From the IMG/VR virus record IMGVR_UViG_3300015607_004160: a stretch of DNA of 64,000 bases; one strand, written 5' to 3'. This document shows positions 18,623 through 28,463 of the stretch, one piece after another (positions within the stretch are counted from its first letter, which is position 1; each line of letters begins with the position of its first letter). This DNA is from a virus (Duplodnaviria > Caudoviricetes). The translations under genes and the position numbers were made by a program. Under the pieces are notes generated by a model. The model saw nothing but the letters and a program-made list of their open reading frames with translations. It was not told the DNA's origin and ran no database searches.

Positions 18623-19950
18623 AACACATAAGAGAGTTTAGTTTATTTGAATCTAAGATTAATGCCATTAGGGTAGAAATACCATATGAAACTTATGAAA
18701 AAGATTCAAATGGTCACTATACCAAAAATAGAATCAAGGGTAAATCTAAAATCATTGATTATGCAGATAGAAAAGTTGTCTTATTTGATATAAATGGAAT
18801 AAGAATTCCATTTTATTTATCATCTGGTCATGCTGGTAAAAAAGATGTTGCGGCAGGAAAGTGGTATCCATTTTTTGGAATAGGTTCAGATTATTGGTTT
18901 AATAAAGGTCATCAAAGTGATATAAATAAGTATTATGAAATAGGTATACTCAAAAGCATTGCTCAATCATTGGATTCAAATATAGGTGACATTAGAAATG
19001 ATAAAACTATTCCTAAAGTAGCTCCAAATGGAATACATCTTGATACAATTAATAGAGATTTGACGCCAACCGAACATGGAATGTCTTATACAGTAAATAA
19101 GTTTTATGACAGTGTTAAAAGGATAAAAGAAAAATTAGAATCATTAAATGAGAACGCATCTTTTAATACATTATATCATCAAATAGATAATAATGAATTC
19201 GGATCCATGGTCAAGGATGTAAATGCTTTAGAACGTTTTGGGTCAGAAATAGATCAAATAGAAAAAGTCCTTAAAAAGGATTGGTCTAAATTAATAATTC
19301 ATTCATCTTATAAGATAGAAATTAGGACTAAAATAGGTAGTGATATTGTAGGGTTTTACATGATATTTTTCAGAATATTTAAATTAAATGATGAATGGTT
19401 TTTAGTTGAAAGAGAGAATATTACAAAAAATACAAAATTATACTATAAGTGTGATCAACTTGATGGATTAATAGAATTACTTGAAGATGAAGGAGTGGTA
19501 GATTTAAGCATACATGAGAGTGTAATGTCACCTGATGAGGTAGAGGACTATTTTATTGAATTTTTAGATGACGGAGATATTAATATAGTAGAATCGGAAC
19601 AAGATGAATTACATCGTCAATGGAGAGGTCGATCTAATATATATTTACACTATCTCTATATTAATAGTGTAAAAATCAATAAATTTGATAGTCATCAAAA
19701 AAAGATAGAATCACCAAAAGTTAATACATCAAAAGAAAATGTTACGTATTTAAAAATAGAAATATTACAACCAAAATGGAGGGTCAGAGGCAATTTGGAT
19801 GTAGGTGGATATACAATTGATACGATGGACTATCTTTTTAGAAAATTCACTAGACACATTAATTGTAATATACTTATTAAGATAATGGATCAAGATTTAT
19901 TTGGAGATATACTGTCTAAATCAATAGTTAGAATTGAATTTTTAAATTAA
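18619..19950 (+). CDS. Three-module targeting-motif protein (PFYxSSG module + YKCDQ module + EDYFxE module)
   Basis: Likely start at ATG 18619 (ATGA overlap), MKHIREFSLFES; modules joined at SLNE and SIHE. Confidence 0.8.
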   Translation: MKHIREFSLFESKINAIRVEIPYETYEKDSNGHYTKNRIKGKSKIIDYADRKVVLFDINGIRIPFYLSSGHAGKKDVAAGKWYPFFGIGSDYWFNKGHQSDINKYYEIGILKSIAQSLDSNIGDIRNDKTIPKVAPNGIHLDTINRDLTPTEHGMSYTVNKFYDSVKRIKEKLESLNENASFNTLYHQIDNNEFGSMVKDVNALERFGSEIDQIEKVLKKDWSKLIIHSSYKIEIRTKIGSDIVGFYMIFFRIFKLNDEWFLVERENITKNTKLYYKCDQLDGLIELLEDEGVVDLSIHESVMSPDEVEDYFIEFLDDGDINIVESEQDELHRQWRGRSNIYLHYLYINSVKINKFDSHQKKIESPKVNTSKENVTYLKIEILQPKWRVRGNLDVGGYTIDTMDYLFRKFTRHINCNILIKIMDQDLFGDILSKSIVRIEFLN

Positions 19951-19960
19951 TATATAGTTT

Positions 19961-20185
19961 ATGAAGATTATAGATTTATTTCTTAATATTTTTAAAAGTA
20001 AATATATTATCGAATATAAAATAGAAGATAATATTTATAATCTTGTAGTTAAAGGTAGATCAGAAGATGATGCTATAATGAATTTTGAAGAAAAGTGGAT
20101 AAACACATTCGGTAAAGTGTATCCATTTCCTAAATATGAGATACTTTCTGTAAAAAGATTTTTTAATAAAATAAGATTAAGATGA
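19961..20185 (+). CDS. Small hypothetical protein
   Basis: ORF preceded by TAATATATA and overlapping the next start. Confidence 0.65.
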   Translation: MKIIDLFLNIFKSKYIIEYKIEDNIYNLVVKGRSEDDAIMNFEEKWINTFGKVYPFPKYEILSVKRFFNKIRLR

Positions 20186-20739
20186 GATATATTAAAAACT
20201 ATAAAACATTTGAGGCAATATCCTCTCTACTAAATATTCATAATAATGTAGATGAGGGACTTATGAATGTAATTGATAACATATCTTATCCGGGATCATC
20301 TATATTAGAAATTGCTTGCGGAAATGCGGAAGACTCATTATATCTACAAAAAAAAGGATATAAGGTAACATGCACTGATTTGGATGATGGATATATAAAA
20401 AATGCTATAGACAAAGGTTTAAATTGTATTAAGCATGATACTAAAAAGAAATTTCCCTTTATTGATAATGAATTTGATTTAGTATATTCAAGATTAGGAT
20501 TACACTATTTTACAAAAGAGGAATTAAATGAAATCTTTAGGGAGATTAGAAGAATAGGTAAAAAGTTATTAATGAGTGTTAAAATTCAAAATGATAATAT
20601 TAAAACAAATAAGATAATATTAACTCCAGGTGAATGGAAAGAAATCATTTCTAATTTTTTTGAAATTGAAGATGTAAAGATAAGAGAAGGTAAACTATAT
20701 GGTGAGGATGCAAAATGGATGGAAATAATAGCTAAATAA
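20182..20739 (+). CDS. Class I SAM-dependent methyltransferase with N-terminal targeting-like motif
   Basis: ILEIACGNA, VTCTD, FPFIDNEFDLVYSRLGLHYF; begins MRYIKNYKTFEA. Confidence 0.85.
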   Translation: MRYIKNYKTFEAISSLLNIHNNVDEGLMNVIDNISYPGSSILEIACGNAEDSLYLQKKGYKVTCTDLDDGYIKNAIDKGLNCIKHDTKKKFPFIDNEFDLVYSRLGLHYFTKEELNEIFREIRRIGKKLLMSVKIQNDNIKTNKIILTPGEWKEIISNFFEIEDVKIREGKLYGEDAKWMEIIAK

Positions 20740-20754
20740 AATAAATTAAGATAT

Positions 20755-21498
20755 ATGAAAAAGATAAAATTATTTGAAGACTATGATAAGGATTATGAAA
20801 AGGGTAAGAAAACTGCTCTTAGTAATTTTCCACACCTTCAAAAAAAAGAAGCTGAGAAAAAGGAAAAAAGGATTAAAAAATCATATAAAGAAGATCCTGA
20901 TGGAATGTATCCAAGAGATGATAAGAGATATGATGATTCAGAAAATAAAGGTGGATGGCAAGATGGTATGGGTAAGCCCGATTGGATAGGTGAGTCCCTT
21001 TTCAAGAAATCAAATAGTGAGTGGGATTATGTTAAAAATGAAATAATAGACAGAATATCCGGATTATCAATAGATTGTCCTGAATGTGAGACTATTATTC
21101 ATGATGATGAACAATATCAATGTGGAACTTGTAACGGTGGTGGAAAAATATGGGTTAAAGAATGGATTGAAAGTCATATTGGATCTTTAAATGAATCTCA
21201 ATTCAATTTAAGTGAAGGTGAGAAGTGGAAGATTTATGCAGGTTTGGGAGGCGGATTCGGTGGTGCCAAATACATTAGAACATTTACAGGACCAAAGGTT
21301 CAAGCCGAAAAGGAGGCTTATTATGCTGCGATTGAGGAATATGAAAGTTATGAAGGATTACACGGATTAAGAACCGTGGACGAGATAATGGAAGAAGATG
21401 AAATTGAGGATCAAGATGAAGCTGAACAGGTATATAACGATGAGAGAGAATCTTGGTTAGAATACTATGTAGAACCAGATGATGGAAAGGAAGAATAA
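20755..21498 (+). CDS. Multi-module targeting-motif protein with CxxC...CxxC zinc ribbon
   Basis: MKKIKLFED; CPEC...CGTC; internal WIGES and SLNES linkers. Confidence 0.8.
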   Translation: MKKIKLFEDYDKDYEKGKKTALSNFPHLQKKEAEKKEKRIKKSYKEDPDGMYPRDDKRYDDSENKGGWQDGMGKPDWIGESLFKKSNSEWDYVKNEIIDRISGLSIDCPECETIIHDDEQYQCGTCNGGGKIWVKEWIESHIGSLNESQFNLSEGEKWKIYAGLGGGFGGAKYIRTFTGPKVQAEKEAYYAAIEEYESYEGLHGLRTVDEIMEEDEIEDQDEAEQVYNDERESWLEYYVEPDDGKEE

Positions 21499-21529
21499 AA
21501 TAACCGATTGATAATCAATCAGTTATTTT
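21497..21529. terminator. Hairpin / likely intrinsic terminator at the left edge of the RM island
   Basis: AAAATAACCGATTGAT-A-ATCAATCAGTTATTTT inverted repeat with one mismatch. Confidence 0.6.
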
Positions 21530-21531
21530 AA

Positions 21532-21563
21532 TTTGATGAATTCGTGAACTTTTATTACTTTTG
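21532..21563 (+). promoter_or_regulatory. Bacteroidota-type housekeeping promoter (-33 TTTG / -7 TAnnTTTG)
   Basis: TTTG 21532-21535, 20-nt spacer, TACTTTTG 21556-21563, ending 16 nt before the helicase ATG. Confidence 0.65.
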
Positions 21564-21579
21564 TAGATAAACTTATAGT

Positions 21580-23196
21580 ATGTCAATAAAGAGTAAAAAA
21601 GACTATCTTAACAAAAAACTATCTACACTTAACGAAGATCAAAGGAAGATATTTAATGAAATTTTAAGAAATAAACTTCTTCAAATCTGTATTCCAACTG
21701 GTGGGGGTAAAAATTACCTAATGTTTATTGATCTTCTCTTTAGGATTATTAAAAATCAAGGAAATATATTTGCTATATCATCACATAGGCTAATGCTAAA
21801 TACACAGCATTTGACAGATATATTTGAACTACTTAGTCCATTAATTGGGGAAGTTGGATTTGTTTTTGTTGGAAGCTCAAAATATGATGTAAGTAAATTT
21901 CAAACACCCTCATTTAATACTGCTTTATTAAAAAAGAAATTATCTTTTAATGAAATTGTTTCTTCTACAACTTCTAAAAAAGAGGTTGAAAGTTTAGTTT
22001 CAGATCACATTTCTAATGGTAGAAAAGTTATTGTAATATCTACCTATCACTCATTGCATACATTAAAAGGGTTAGAAATCGACACATTATATTGTGATGA
22101 AGCCCATACTTTAGCATCTGAAGCAGATACTGCACAATTTAGAGATAATTATAATACAATTAAAGCTGATAATAGATTTTTTCTAACTGCAACTCCGAAA
22201 GATTGTATAGAAGAAACCGAATCATTTTTGATGAATAATACAGAAATATTTGGAGAACGAATTGGATTAACATTTAAAGAGTGTGTAGATAAAGGATATA
22301 TTACTAAACCAGTCATACATATTGCATTACCGACCAATTTTACAATTGGGGCTGATTACAAGTCAATTGAAAATATGGCTAAATTTATCACGGATACATA
22401 TACTGCACATTCTAAATTTATTGAAGAACAATCTTCTGATAACACAAAGATTGAGGCTAAAATTCTAGTAAAATGTCCATCTGTATCTGATATGTGGAAA
22501 ATATATGCAACACTTCTTGGTAAAGTTGGTACCGTTAAAATATGTGCTGGGGCTGCTCCAAATAAAGATAATCCAAATGTTCACAATCATTATATTGATA
22601 GTTTAGGAATTGGTGATAGAGGTGATTATTTAGAAGCCTTACAGAACTTTGATGAAAATGAGGGAGCAATCGTTTTACACTATGATACGATGTCTGAGGG
22701 AATTAATGTGGCTGGATTTACTGGGGTTGAATTTTTGGGTGGTAAACTGCCAACTATTACTAAGGTGTTACAAAACACCGGAAGAGCTACAAGGTTACAT
22801 AGTGGTGATAGAAATCGAGTTAGAAGTGGTGAGATAAATACATCTGATTATTCTAAGTGGATTAAGCCCTATTGTTCTGTTATTATACCTTATTGGGATA
22901 GTGTAAGTGAATTTACTACAAGAGAACTAGCTCGTCAAATTAAAGATTTGAGAGATAATTTTGCATATGATCCAACATACTACATCAGTATTGGTAGTGA
23001 TATCGGTGATGGTAAAAAGAAAGAAGATATGGATATTCTTAACTCTAAGAATGAGAGGAACAAAAAGTTTGAAATCATTGATGAAATTAAAAATGAAATT
23101 GAACTTTTAGATAAAGAACAAATAGATATGATAGAGTCAGAAAGAATCAATAATATGACTATGGAAGAATGGTTTGAATTTGCTAATAAAAATTAA
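21580..23196 (+). CDS. SF2 helicase/ATPase, Type ISP/III restriction-subunit-like
   Basis: IPTGGGK, STYHS, DEAH, TATP, MSEGINV and QNTGRATR motifs. Confidence 0.85.
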   Translation: MSIKSKKDYLNKKLSTLNEDQRKIFNEILRNKLLQICIPTGGGKNYLMFIDLLFRIIKNQGNIFAISSHRLMLNTQHLTDIFELLSPLIGEVGFVFVGSSKYDVSKFQTPSFNTALLKKKLSFNEIVSSTTSKKEVESLVSDHISNGRKVIVISTYHSLHTLKGLEIDTLYCDEAHTLASEADTAQFRDNYNTIKADNRFFLTATPKDCIEETESFLMNNTEIFGERIGLTFKECVDKGYITKPVIHIALPTNFTIGADYKSIENMAKFITDTYTAHSKFIEEQSSDNTKIEAKILVKCPSVSDMWKIYATLLGKVGTVKICAGAAPNKDNPNVHNHYIDSLGIGDRGDYLEALQNFDENEGAIVLHYDTMSEGINVAGFTGVEFLGGKLPTITKVLQNTGRATRLHSGDRNRVRSGEINTSDYSKWIKPYCSVIIPYWDSVSEFTTRELARQIKDLRDNFAYDPTYYISIGSDIGDGKKKEDMDILNSKNERNKKFEIIDEIKNEIELLDKEQIDMIESERINNMTMEEWFEFANKN

Positions 23197-23201
23197 AAAT
23201 T

Positions 23202-23555
23202 ATGACATTTATAGAAGCAGCTAAATATATTCTAGAGAAAAACGGAAACAAACCTATGCCTTCTAGCGATATATGGAAAGAAATATCAGATTTAAAATTG
23301 GTCACAACAACTGGAAAAACACCTGCCGCGAGTTTGAACACAATTATACTCGGTCAATGCAAAGATACACCAGCAAAATCATTAAAACATAAAAATAACC
23401 TTATATTTGAAATCATTGGAAATAATCCGATGAAATTTAGATTGTGTAATTATGTCCCAAGTAATATTAAGGAAAGTCTAATAAAAAATGGATTTGTGAC
23501 AATTGATGCTTTGAAGGAAATTTTAGCAAAAAACAATATAAATATCGAAATTTAA
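23202..23555 (+). CDS. HARE-HTH (HB1/ASXL/restriction endonuclease) winged-helix protein
   Basis: MTFIEAAKYILE...PM...IW...TTGKTPAASL signature. Confidence 0.8.
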   Translation: MTFIEAAKYILEKNGNKPMPSSDIWKEISDLKLVTTTGKTPAASLNTIILGQCKDTPAKSLKHKNNLIFEIIGNNPMKFRLCNYVPSNIKESLIKNGFVTIDALKEILAKNNINIEI

Positions 23556-23565
23556 TATATAACCA

Positions 23566-25167
23566 ATGTTAGAGCTAATAGATAATACCCAAATAATTGG
23601 GGCGACTTACACACCCAAACATTATCAACTTTTTGAAAAAACTGGCAATAAAAATCTTTTTGAAGAGGTTATTGATATGATGATGTTAGAAACCTTCTCA
23701 GAAGAATTCAAGCAGAAGGTAATGAGTATGCCATTGAAAGAAAAAAGAATGGCAATTCTTAGCCTTTTAGATAAAGATAGAAATCTATTTTTAAGAATAA
23801 AATCACTAATCAATGGTGGTATTGGAAAATTTGAGCATATTAAAGATGTAATTAAAATGTTACGTGAATATGTTAAAGTGGGTGAGGTCGAAAAGAAAAA
23901 ATATGGAGAGGTTATGACTCCACTTGAATTGGTTAAGGAGATGCTTAATACTTTACCAGAGGATGTATGGTCTAATCCTAATTTAAAATGGCTAGATCCA
24001 GCTAATGGAACTGGACCATATCCATTAATGGTTATTTATAAATTAATGAATGGTCTCAAAGAGTGGGAACCAAATGAGGAAAAGAGATACAAACATATTG
24101 TTGAAAATATGATTTATGTTTGTGAGCTTCAACCGAAGAATATGTTTCTCTATATGTGTGCTGTTGATCCTTGGGATATGTATCATTTAAATATCTATAC
24201 TGGGTCCTTTTTAACTGATGGATTTGATAAACATATGAAAGAGGTTTGGAATGTAGATAAATTTGATATTGTGATGGGAAATCCACCCTATCAGGAAATG
24301 GATGGTGGATCTAAAGCATCAGCTAAACCGATATATAACCTATTTGTATTAAAATCTACTAAACTATCTAATAAAATTTTATTTATTACACCAAGTAGAT
24401 GGTTTATTGGTGGAAAGGGACTAGACCTTTATAGAAAATTTATGATGGAATCTAATAAAATTAAATCTATTAAACATTATAATGATGCGACTCAAATATT
24501 TGGTAATAATGTAGATATAACAGGTGGTGTGTCTTATTTTTTATTTGATAATATGTATAATGGAAATTGTAATTTAAATAATAATATAGTTAATTTAAAT
24601 GAATATGATGTAATAGTAGACCCGTCATATATTTCTATAATTAATAAATTTAAGAATTATAACAGCATATCTACAATATGTATGGGTAGAGGAGACAATA
24701 CATTCGGAATTCAAACAAATGATAGAAGGATATCTGAGTATTTGCCTGGGTATATTAAATGTTTTGTAAGCCAATCAAAAGGATTTGAAAAGTGGATAGA
24801 TGGATCAAAAATTAAGAACCATCAACATATAGACAAATATAAAGTAATTACCGCTGAGTCAAACGGGTCATATCCTAGATTTGGTAATAAATTTATAGCA
24901 CACCCATATATGGTTTGCTCAGGTAGTTATATATGGTTTGTAATGAGATCAAAAGAGGAAGCAGAGTCATTAATTTCATATATGGAATGTAAATTGGTAA
25001 ACTATTTACTTTCTATTAGAAAAATAAGTCAACACATAAAACCAAGCACATTAAAGTGGATACCTATGGTCCCATTTGATAGAAAATGGACAGATGAACA
25101 ACTTTTTGAATATTTCAATTTGACAGAAGAAGAGAGAAATTTAATTTTAAACTACGACAAAAAGTAA
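23566..25167 (+). CDS. N6-adenine DNA methyltransferase (gamma class, Eco57I-like) with C-terminal target-recognition region
   Basis: GEVMTP, LDPANGTG (motif I), GNPPY (motif IV), FITPSRW. Confidence 0.92.
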   Translation: MLELIDNTQIIGATYTPKHYQLFEKTGNKNLFEEVIDMMMLETFSEEFKQKVMSMPLKEKRMAILSLLDKDRNLFLRIKSLINGGIGKFEHIKDVIKMLREYVKVGEVEKKKYGEVMTPLELVKEMLNTLPEDVWSNPNLKWLDPANGTGPYPLMVIYKLMNGLKEWEPNEEKRYKHIVENMIYVCELQPKNMFLYMCAVDPWDMYHLNIYTGSFLTDGFDKHMKEVWNVDKFDIVMGNPPYQEMDGGSKASAKPIYNLFVLKSTKLSNKILFITPSRWFIGGKGLDLYRKFMMESNKIKSIKHYNDATQIFGNNVDITGGVSYFLFDNMYNGNCNLNNNIVNLNEYDVIVDPSYISIINKFKNYNSISTICMGRGDNTFGIQTNDRRISEYLPGYIKCFVSQSKGFEKWIDGSKIKNHQHIDKYKVITAESNGSYPRFGNKFIAHPYMVCSGSYIWFVMRSKEEAESLISYMECKLVNYLLSIRKISQHIKPSTLKWIPMVPFDRKWTDEQLFEYFNLTEEERNLILNYDKK

Positions 25168-25171
25168 TTAA

Positions 25172-25789
25172 ATGAAAACAATACAACATGAGGCTTTTGT
25201 AAACCTTTATAATAAGAATAAAAAGGTATTTGAACTAATCTTCAAAGACACAAAAACCCTTTCACAACTATCTAGTAAAATTATTAAACTATCAAAAACA
25301 TTTGATAAATTTGCCTATAAAGACGCAGATAAATTAAAAGGAGACCTCTTTGAAATATTCTCGGAATGCTTCTTCAAAATCCTATCCGCGGATAATAGAA
25401 TCGGAGTCGGAAACTATCAACCTGCACCACCCATCGACGACTATGGTGTAGATGGAACCGGTATCGGAATGGATGACAAACCCACAACCATACAAGTTAA
25501 ATTCCGTTCAGACGCGACCACTGAACTAACACAAGATGATATCAAACAATTTGCACTTCAATCCATAGTTAATTTTGGTGTTGATAAAGATACCAAAACA
25601 AATATGATAGTATTTACCAACGCAAAAGGATTACACTGGATAACCGAATCAAAAGTCTTCTCAGGAAGACTTAGAGCAATTGGATATACAGAAATATCAT
25701 CACTCATAGATAATAATACAAATTTTTGGAGAGAAGTAGAATCACTAATTACCGATACTATAAACGAAAAATATACAATAGTGAATTAA
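25172..25789 (+). CDS. Mrr-like PD-(D/E)xK restriction endonuclease domain protein
   Basis: KGDLFE...DYGVDG...IQVKF (E...D...QxK). Confidence 0.75.
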   Translation: MKTIQHEAFVNLYNKNKKVFELIFKDTKTLSQLSSKIIKLSKTFDKFAYKDADKLKGDLFEIFSECFFKILSADNRIGVGNYQPAPPIDDYGVDGTGIGMDDKPTTIQVKFRSDATTELTQDDIKQFALQSIVNFGVDKDTKTNMIVFTNAKGLHWITESKVFSGRLRAIGYTEISSLIDNNTNFWREVESLITDTINEKYTIVN

Positions 25790-25790
25790 T

Positions 25791-25823
25791 AAAAAGAGTC
25801 AGAAAAATCTGACTCTTTTTTTT
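25791..25823 (+). terminator. Intrinsic terminator closing the RM island
   Basis: AAAAAGAGTCAGA-AAAA-TCTGACTC followed by a T run. Confidence 0.8.
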
Positions 25824-25835
25824 ATATATACATTT

Positions 25836-26432
25836 ATGAGAAATATTAAATTATTTAAAGAGTTCTCGTTATATGTAGATAAGGATGGTAAAATGCGCGA
25901 ATCTGATTGGGAAACTGATGAGAATGAAGATATTGGACCTGGTGATTTAGTTCATTTTAAAAAGTATGGAACACTTTATGTGGTTACCATAACAGTAGAT
26001 GGGTATGTGGTATCAGAAGATGAAGAGCAAAGATATATGGGAGATGAGGGAGAAGGACATATAATACCTCTCTCAGCAGCATTAGATGCACAAATATTAG
26101 AGAAGGGTGATGATGAAGGATATTTGATGGAATCCAACAGCGAAATAGAGGTTAAATTTGTTAGTAAGAGAAATCGAACACAAGCTTTTAATGTATATAA
26201 AACTCCAGATGGTAGAATTACAAGAATTGAAAAGCCTAATCATGTTCATGTTAATTTTCCATTTAAAGTTGGTCAGGTATTAAATAGAAATATAGAAACA
26301 TGGGCTTGTAATAATCACTTTTATATAGATGGAAAGGATACTTGCCCAGAAGAAAAAATATTTGGTATTAGGAAATCCGATATACCAAAAGGACATGAGT
26401 TAAGAAACTTATTTCCAAATAAATTTAGATAA
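25836..26432 (+). CDS. Two-module targeting-motif protein
   Basis: MRNIKLFKEF; internal YLMES separates an acidic and a basic module. Confidence 0.75.
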   Translation: MRNIKLFKEFSLYVDKDGKMRESDWETDENEDIGPGDLVHFKKYGTLYVVTITVDGYVVSEDEEQRYMGDEGEGHIIPLSAALDAQILEKGDDEGYLMESNSEIEVKFVSKRNRTQAFNVYKTPDGRITRIEKPNHVHVNFPFKVGQVLNRNIETWACNNHFYIDGKDTCPEEKIFGIRKSDIPKGHELRNLFPNKFR

Positions 26433-26437
26433 TAAAT

Positions 26438-26659
26438 ATGAAACATTTAAAAAAATTTGAAGATACTAAACCAAGTATCATAAACGAATCTAAATCCACA
26501 ATTGATCCAGTAGTATCTATGGAAGTAGAGACAGTAGAATGGGACGATCCAGAAGATTTCGGAAAAACAAAAACACTTATTGTTAAAACAAAAAGTGGAA
26601 AAATTTACAAAACTAAGTTAAAATCTGATGAAGATGAAGACTATAGTGGAGAGCAATAA
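26438..26659 (+). CDS. Small targeting-motif protein
   Basis: MKHLKKFED...IINES. Confidence 0.75.
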   Translation: MKHLKKFEDTKPSIINESKSTIDPVVSMEVETVEWDDPEDFGKTKTLIVKTKSGKIYKTKLKSDEDEDYSGEQ

Positions 26660-26677
26660 ATAAATTTAGAAAATAAT

Positions 26678-27118
26678 ATGAGACACATTAAACTATTTGA
26701 AAATTTTGAGGAAGAAAAAGAGTGTAAGTGGTGTTATAAAAAATTTACACCAGAGAAAAAGTTCCAAGATTGTTGCTGTTCCGAATGTGATGGTAAATAT
26801 AACAACTATTTAGGCAATGATGGTGCTGAGGCTCCTTGGTCCAAGTATACCGAATCCAAAATTTATGACTATAAAATACTTCCAAAAGAAGCTATTAAGG
26901 AATTAGAAATGTATGTCAATGTAAATAATCCATCAAATAAAATAGAAGTCTATCCAGATCCACAAGTTGAAGGAACATATGCACTAAGAATAACAAGAAA
27001 TGAACATGGACATACACATCCTGAAGTATTCACATTATTATGGAATAAAGGTGGATATGATGAAATTGATTTTGATGAATTTCCACCAAAATCTGGAAAC
27101 TTAAAATTTTTTATATAA
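26678..27118 (+). CDS. Targeting-motif protein with Cys-rich zinc module
   Basis: MRHIKLFENF; CKWC...CCCSEC; KYTES linker. Confidence 0.75.
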   Translation: MRHIKLFENFEEEKECKWCYKKFTPEKKFQDCCCSECDGKYNNYLGNDGAEAPWSKYTESKIYDYKILPKEAIKELEMYVNVNNPSNKIEVYPDPQVEGTYALRITRNEHGHTHPEVFTLLWNKGGYDEIDFDEFPPKSGNLKFFI

Positions 27119-27463
27119 ATGAAAATTAGAAGATTTAATGAAGGTATATCTAATTTAAAATATGAAAGCTTTGATTTCTTTGACATAACTGTTGAGAAGT
27201 TAAAACATTATAAAGGATGGACCGTCTTCTATATTTCAAAAGAAGATCAATATTGTCAAGTTTTTAATTTCACTAATAAGGAAGACTTTGATAGAAACTT
27301 TTCAATAAATAAACATCCAAATTATCCAGGTAATATTGTTGCCCCTAATAATGTTGAAGAGACAGAACATGGAAATTCAGATAGATGTATAATAGATGGC
27401 CAAGAATTTTATTTAGAAACTCTTGAATTATATCTAATAATAGATGGAAAATTAATGAGATAA
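27119..27463 (+). CDS. Targeting-motif protein
   Basis: MKIRRFNEG; abuts its neighbours. Confidence 0.75.
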   Translation: MKIRRFNEGISNLKYESFDFFDITVEKLKHYKGWTVFYISKEDQYCQVFNFTNKEDFDRNFSINKHPNYPGNIVAPNNVEETEHGNSDRCIIDGQEFYLETLELYLIIDGKLMR

Positions 27464-27838
27464 ATGAAATATATTAAAACATTTGAGAATGAGGTATCTC
27501 CAGTTGATTTAATAGAAGACTACTTTCTTGAACTAGTAGATAGTAAATGGAAAGTATCTGTGAAAAAAACTAATGCAGTTTATAGAAAAGATGATGGTGT
27601 TAGTAGATCATATCATATTAAAAATGGTGTTAATAATTCTGGATATCCCGACTCTTATATTTATAGAAAAAAACCTGGATATATAGTTTCATCTATCATA
27701 GATAGTGATACTAATGTTGTTAGTGAATTTCTTAATGATGTTAATAAGGTTGCAAATAGATTTAGTTTAAAGTCTAAATTATATGGAATAGTGGAGAGAG
27801 GTAACAAAATATTAATAAAAATTGAAATTATAGAATGA
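27464..27838 (+). CDS. Targeting-motif protein, IEDYFLEL family
   Basis: MKYIKTFENE...LIEDYFLELVD. Confidence 0.75.
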   Translation: MKYIKTFENEVSPVDLIEDYFLELVDSKWKVSVKKTNAVYRKDDGVSRSYHIKNGVNNSGYPDSYIYRKKPGYIVSSIIDSDTNVVSEFLNDVNKVANRFSLKSKLYGIVERGNKILIKIEIIE

Positions 27839-28173
27839 AATATTTAAAACTATTTGAAGCATTTAATCCATATGATGATGAACCATTAAGCAGAGTCGAA
27901 CAACATTTTGGTAAGCAAACACGATTAGAAAAACAATTTTCAGAAATTGTTACTAATGGATTAATGGGTGAGGATGATTGCTTTTGGTCTTGTTTTAATG
28001 CTCTTAAAATAGAAATAAAGGAAGTAATTGATGAGGATGATGATTTATATAAAGAGTTCATGCATAGGATAGTAGAAGGTGAGAATCCAGTTGATGTTAT
28101 TAATTGGATATGTAAAGAAATTCCTAAAAATGCCGAAATTGATAGATTATTACAAAAAATAAATAACCTATGA
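27835..28173 (+). CDS. Targeting-motif protein
   Basis: MKYLKLFEAF; ATGA overlap. Confidence 0.75.
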   Translation: MKYLKLFEAFNPYDDEPLSRVEQHFGKQTRLEKQFSEIVTNGLMGEDDCFWSCFNALKIEIKEVIDEDDDLYKEFMHRIVEGENPVDVINWICKEIPKNAEIDRLLQKINNL

Positions 28174-28463
28174 AATATCTAAAGTTATTTGAATCAAATA
28201 GAATGCCAAAGAGATGTAGCCAAAAAGAAGCTACAGATAAATTGAACTCTTTTAAAAGAGAAAAGCTATCTGAAAACGAGATAAAATGGATATGTTCAAA
28301 ATTTTCAGACATAAAATTAGCTAAGAGCTCAATATATATCAAAGACAATATTTTAATAAGTAAGTTATGTGATAGTTGGTTTATAATATTTACTGAACAT
28401 GATGCAGAATATTATATAGCTGACGAATTCATAGAGGTCCAAAATTTTTTACAATCAATATGA
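28170..28463 (+). CDS. Targeting-motif protein, divergent YKCDQ family
   Basis: MKYLKLFES...ISKLCDSWFII...YYIADE. Confidence 0.7.
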   Translation: MKYLKLFESNRMPKRCSQKEATDKLNSFKREKLSENEIKWICSKFSDIKLAKSSIYIKDNILISKLCDSWFIIFTEHDAEYYIADEFIEVQNFLQSI

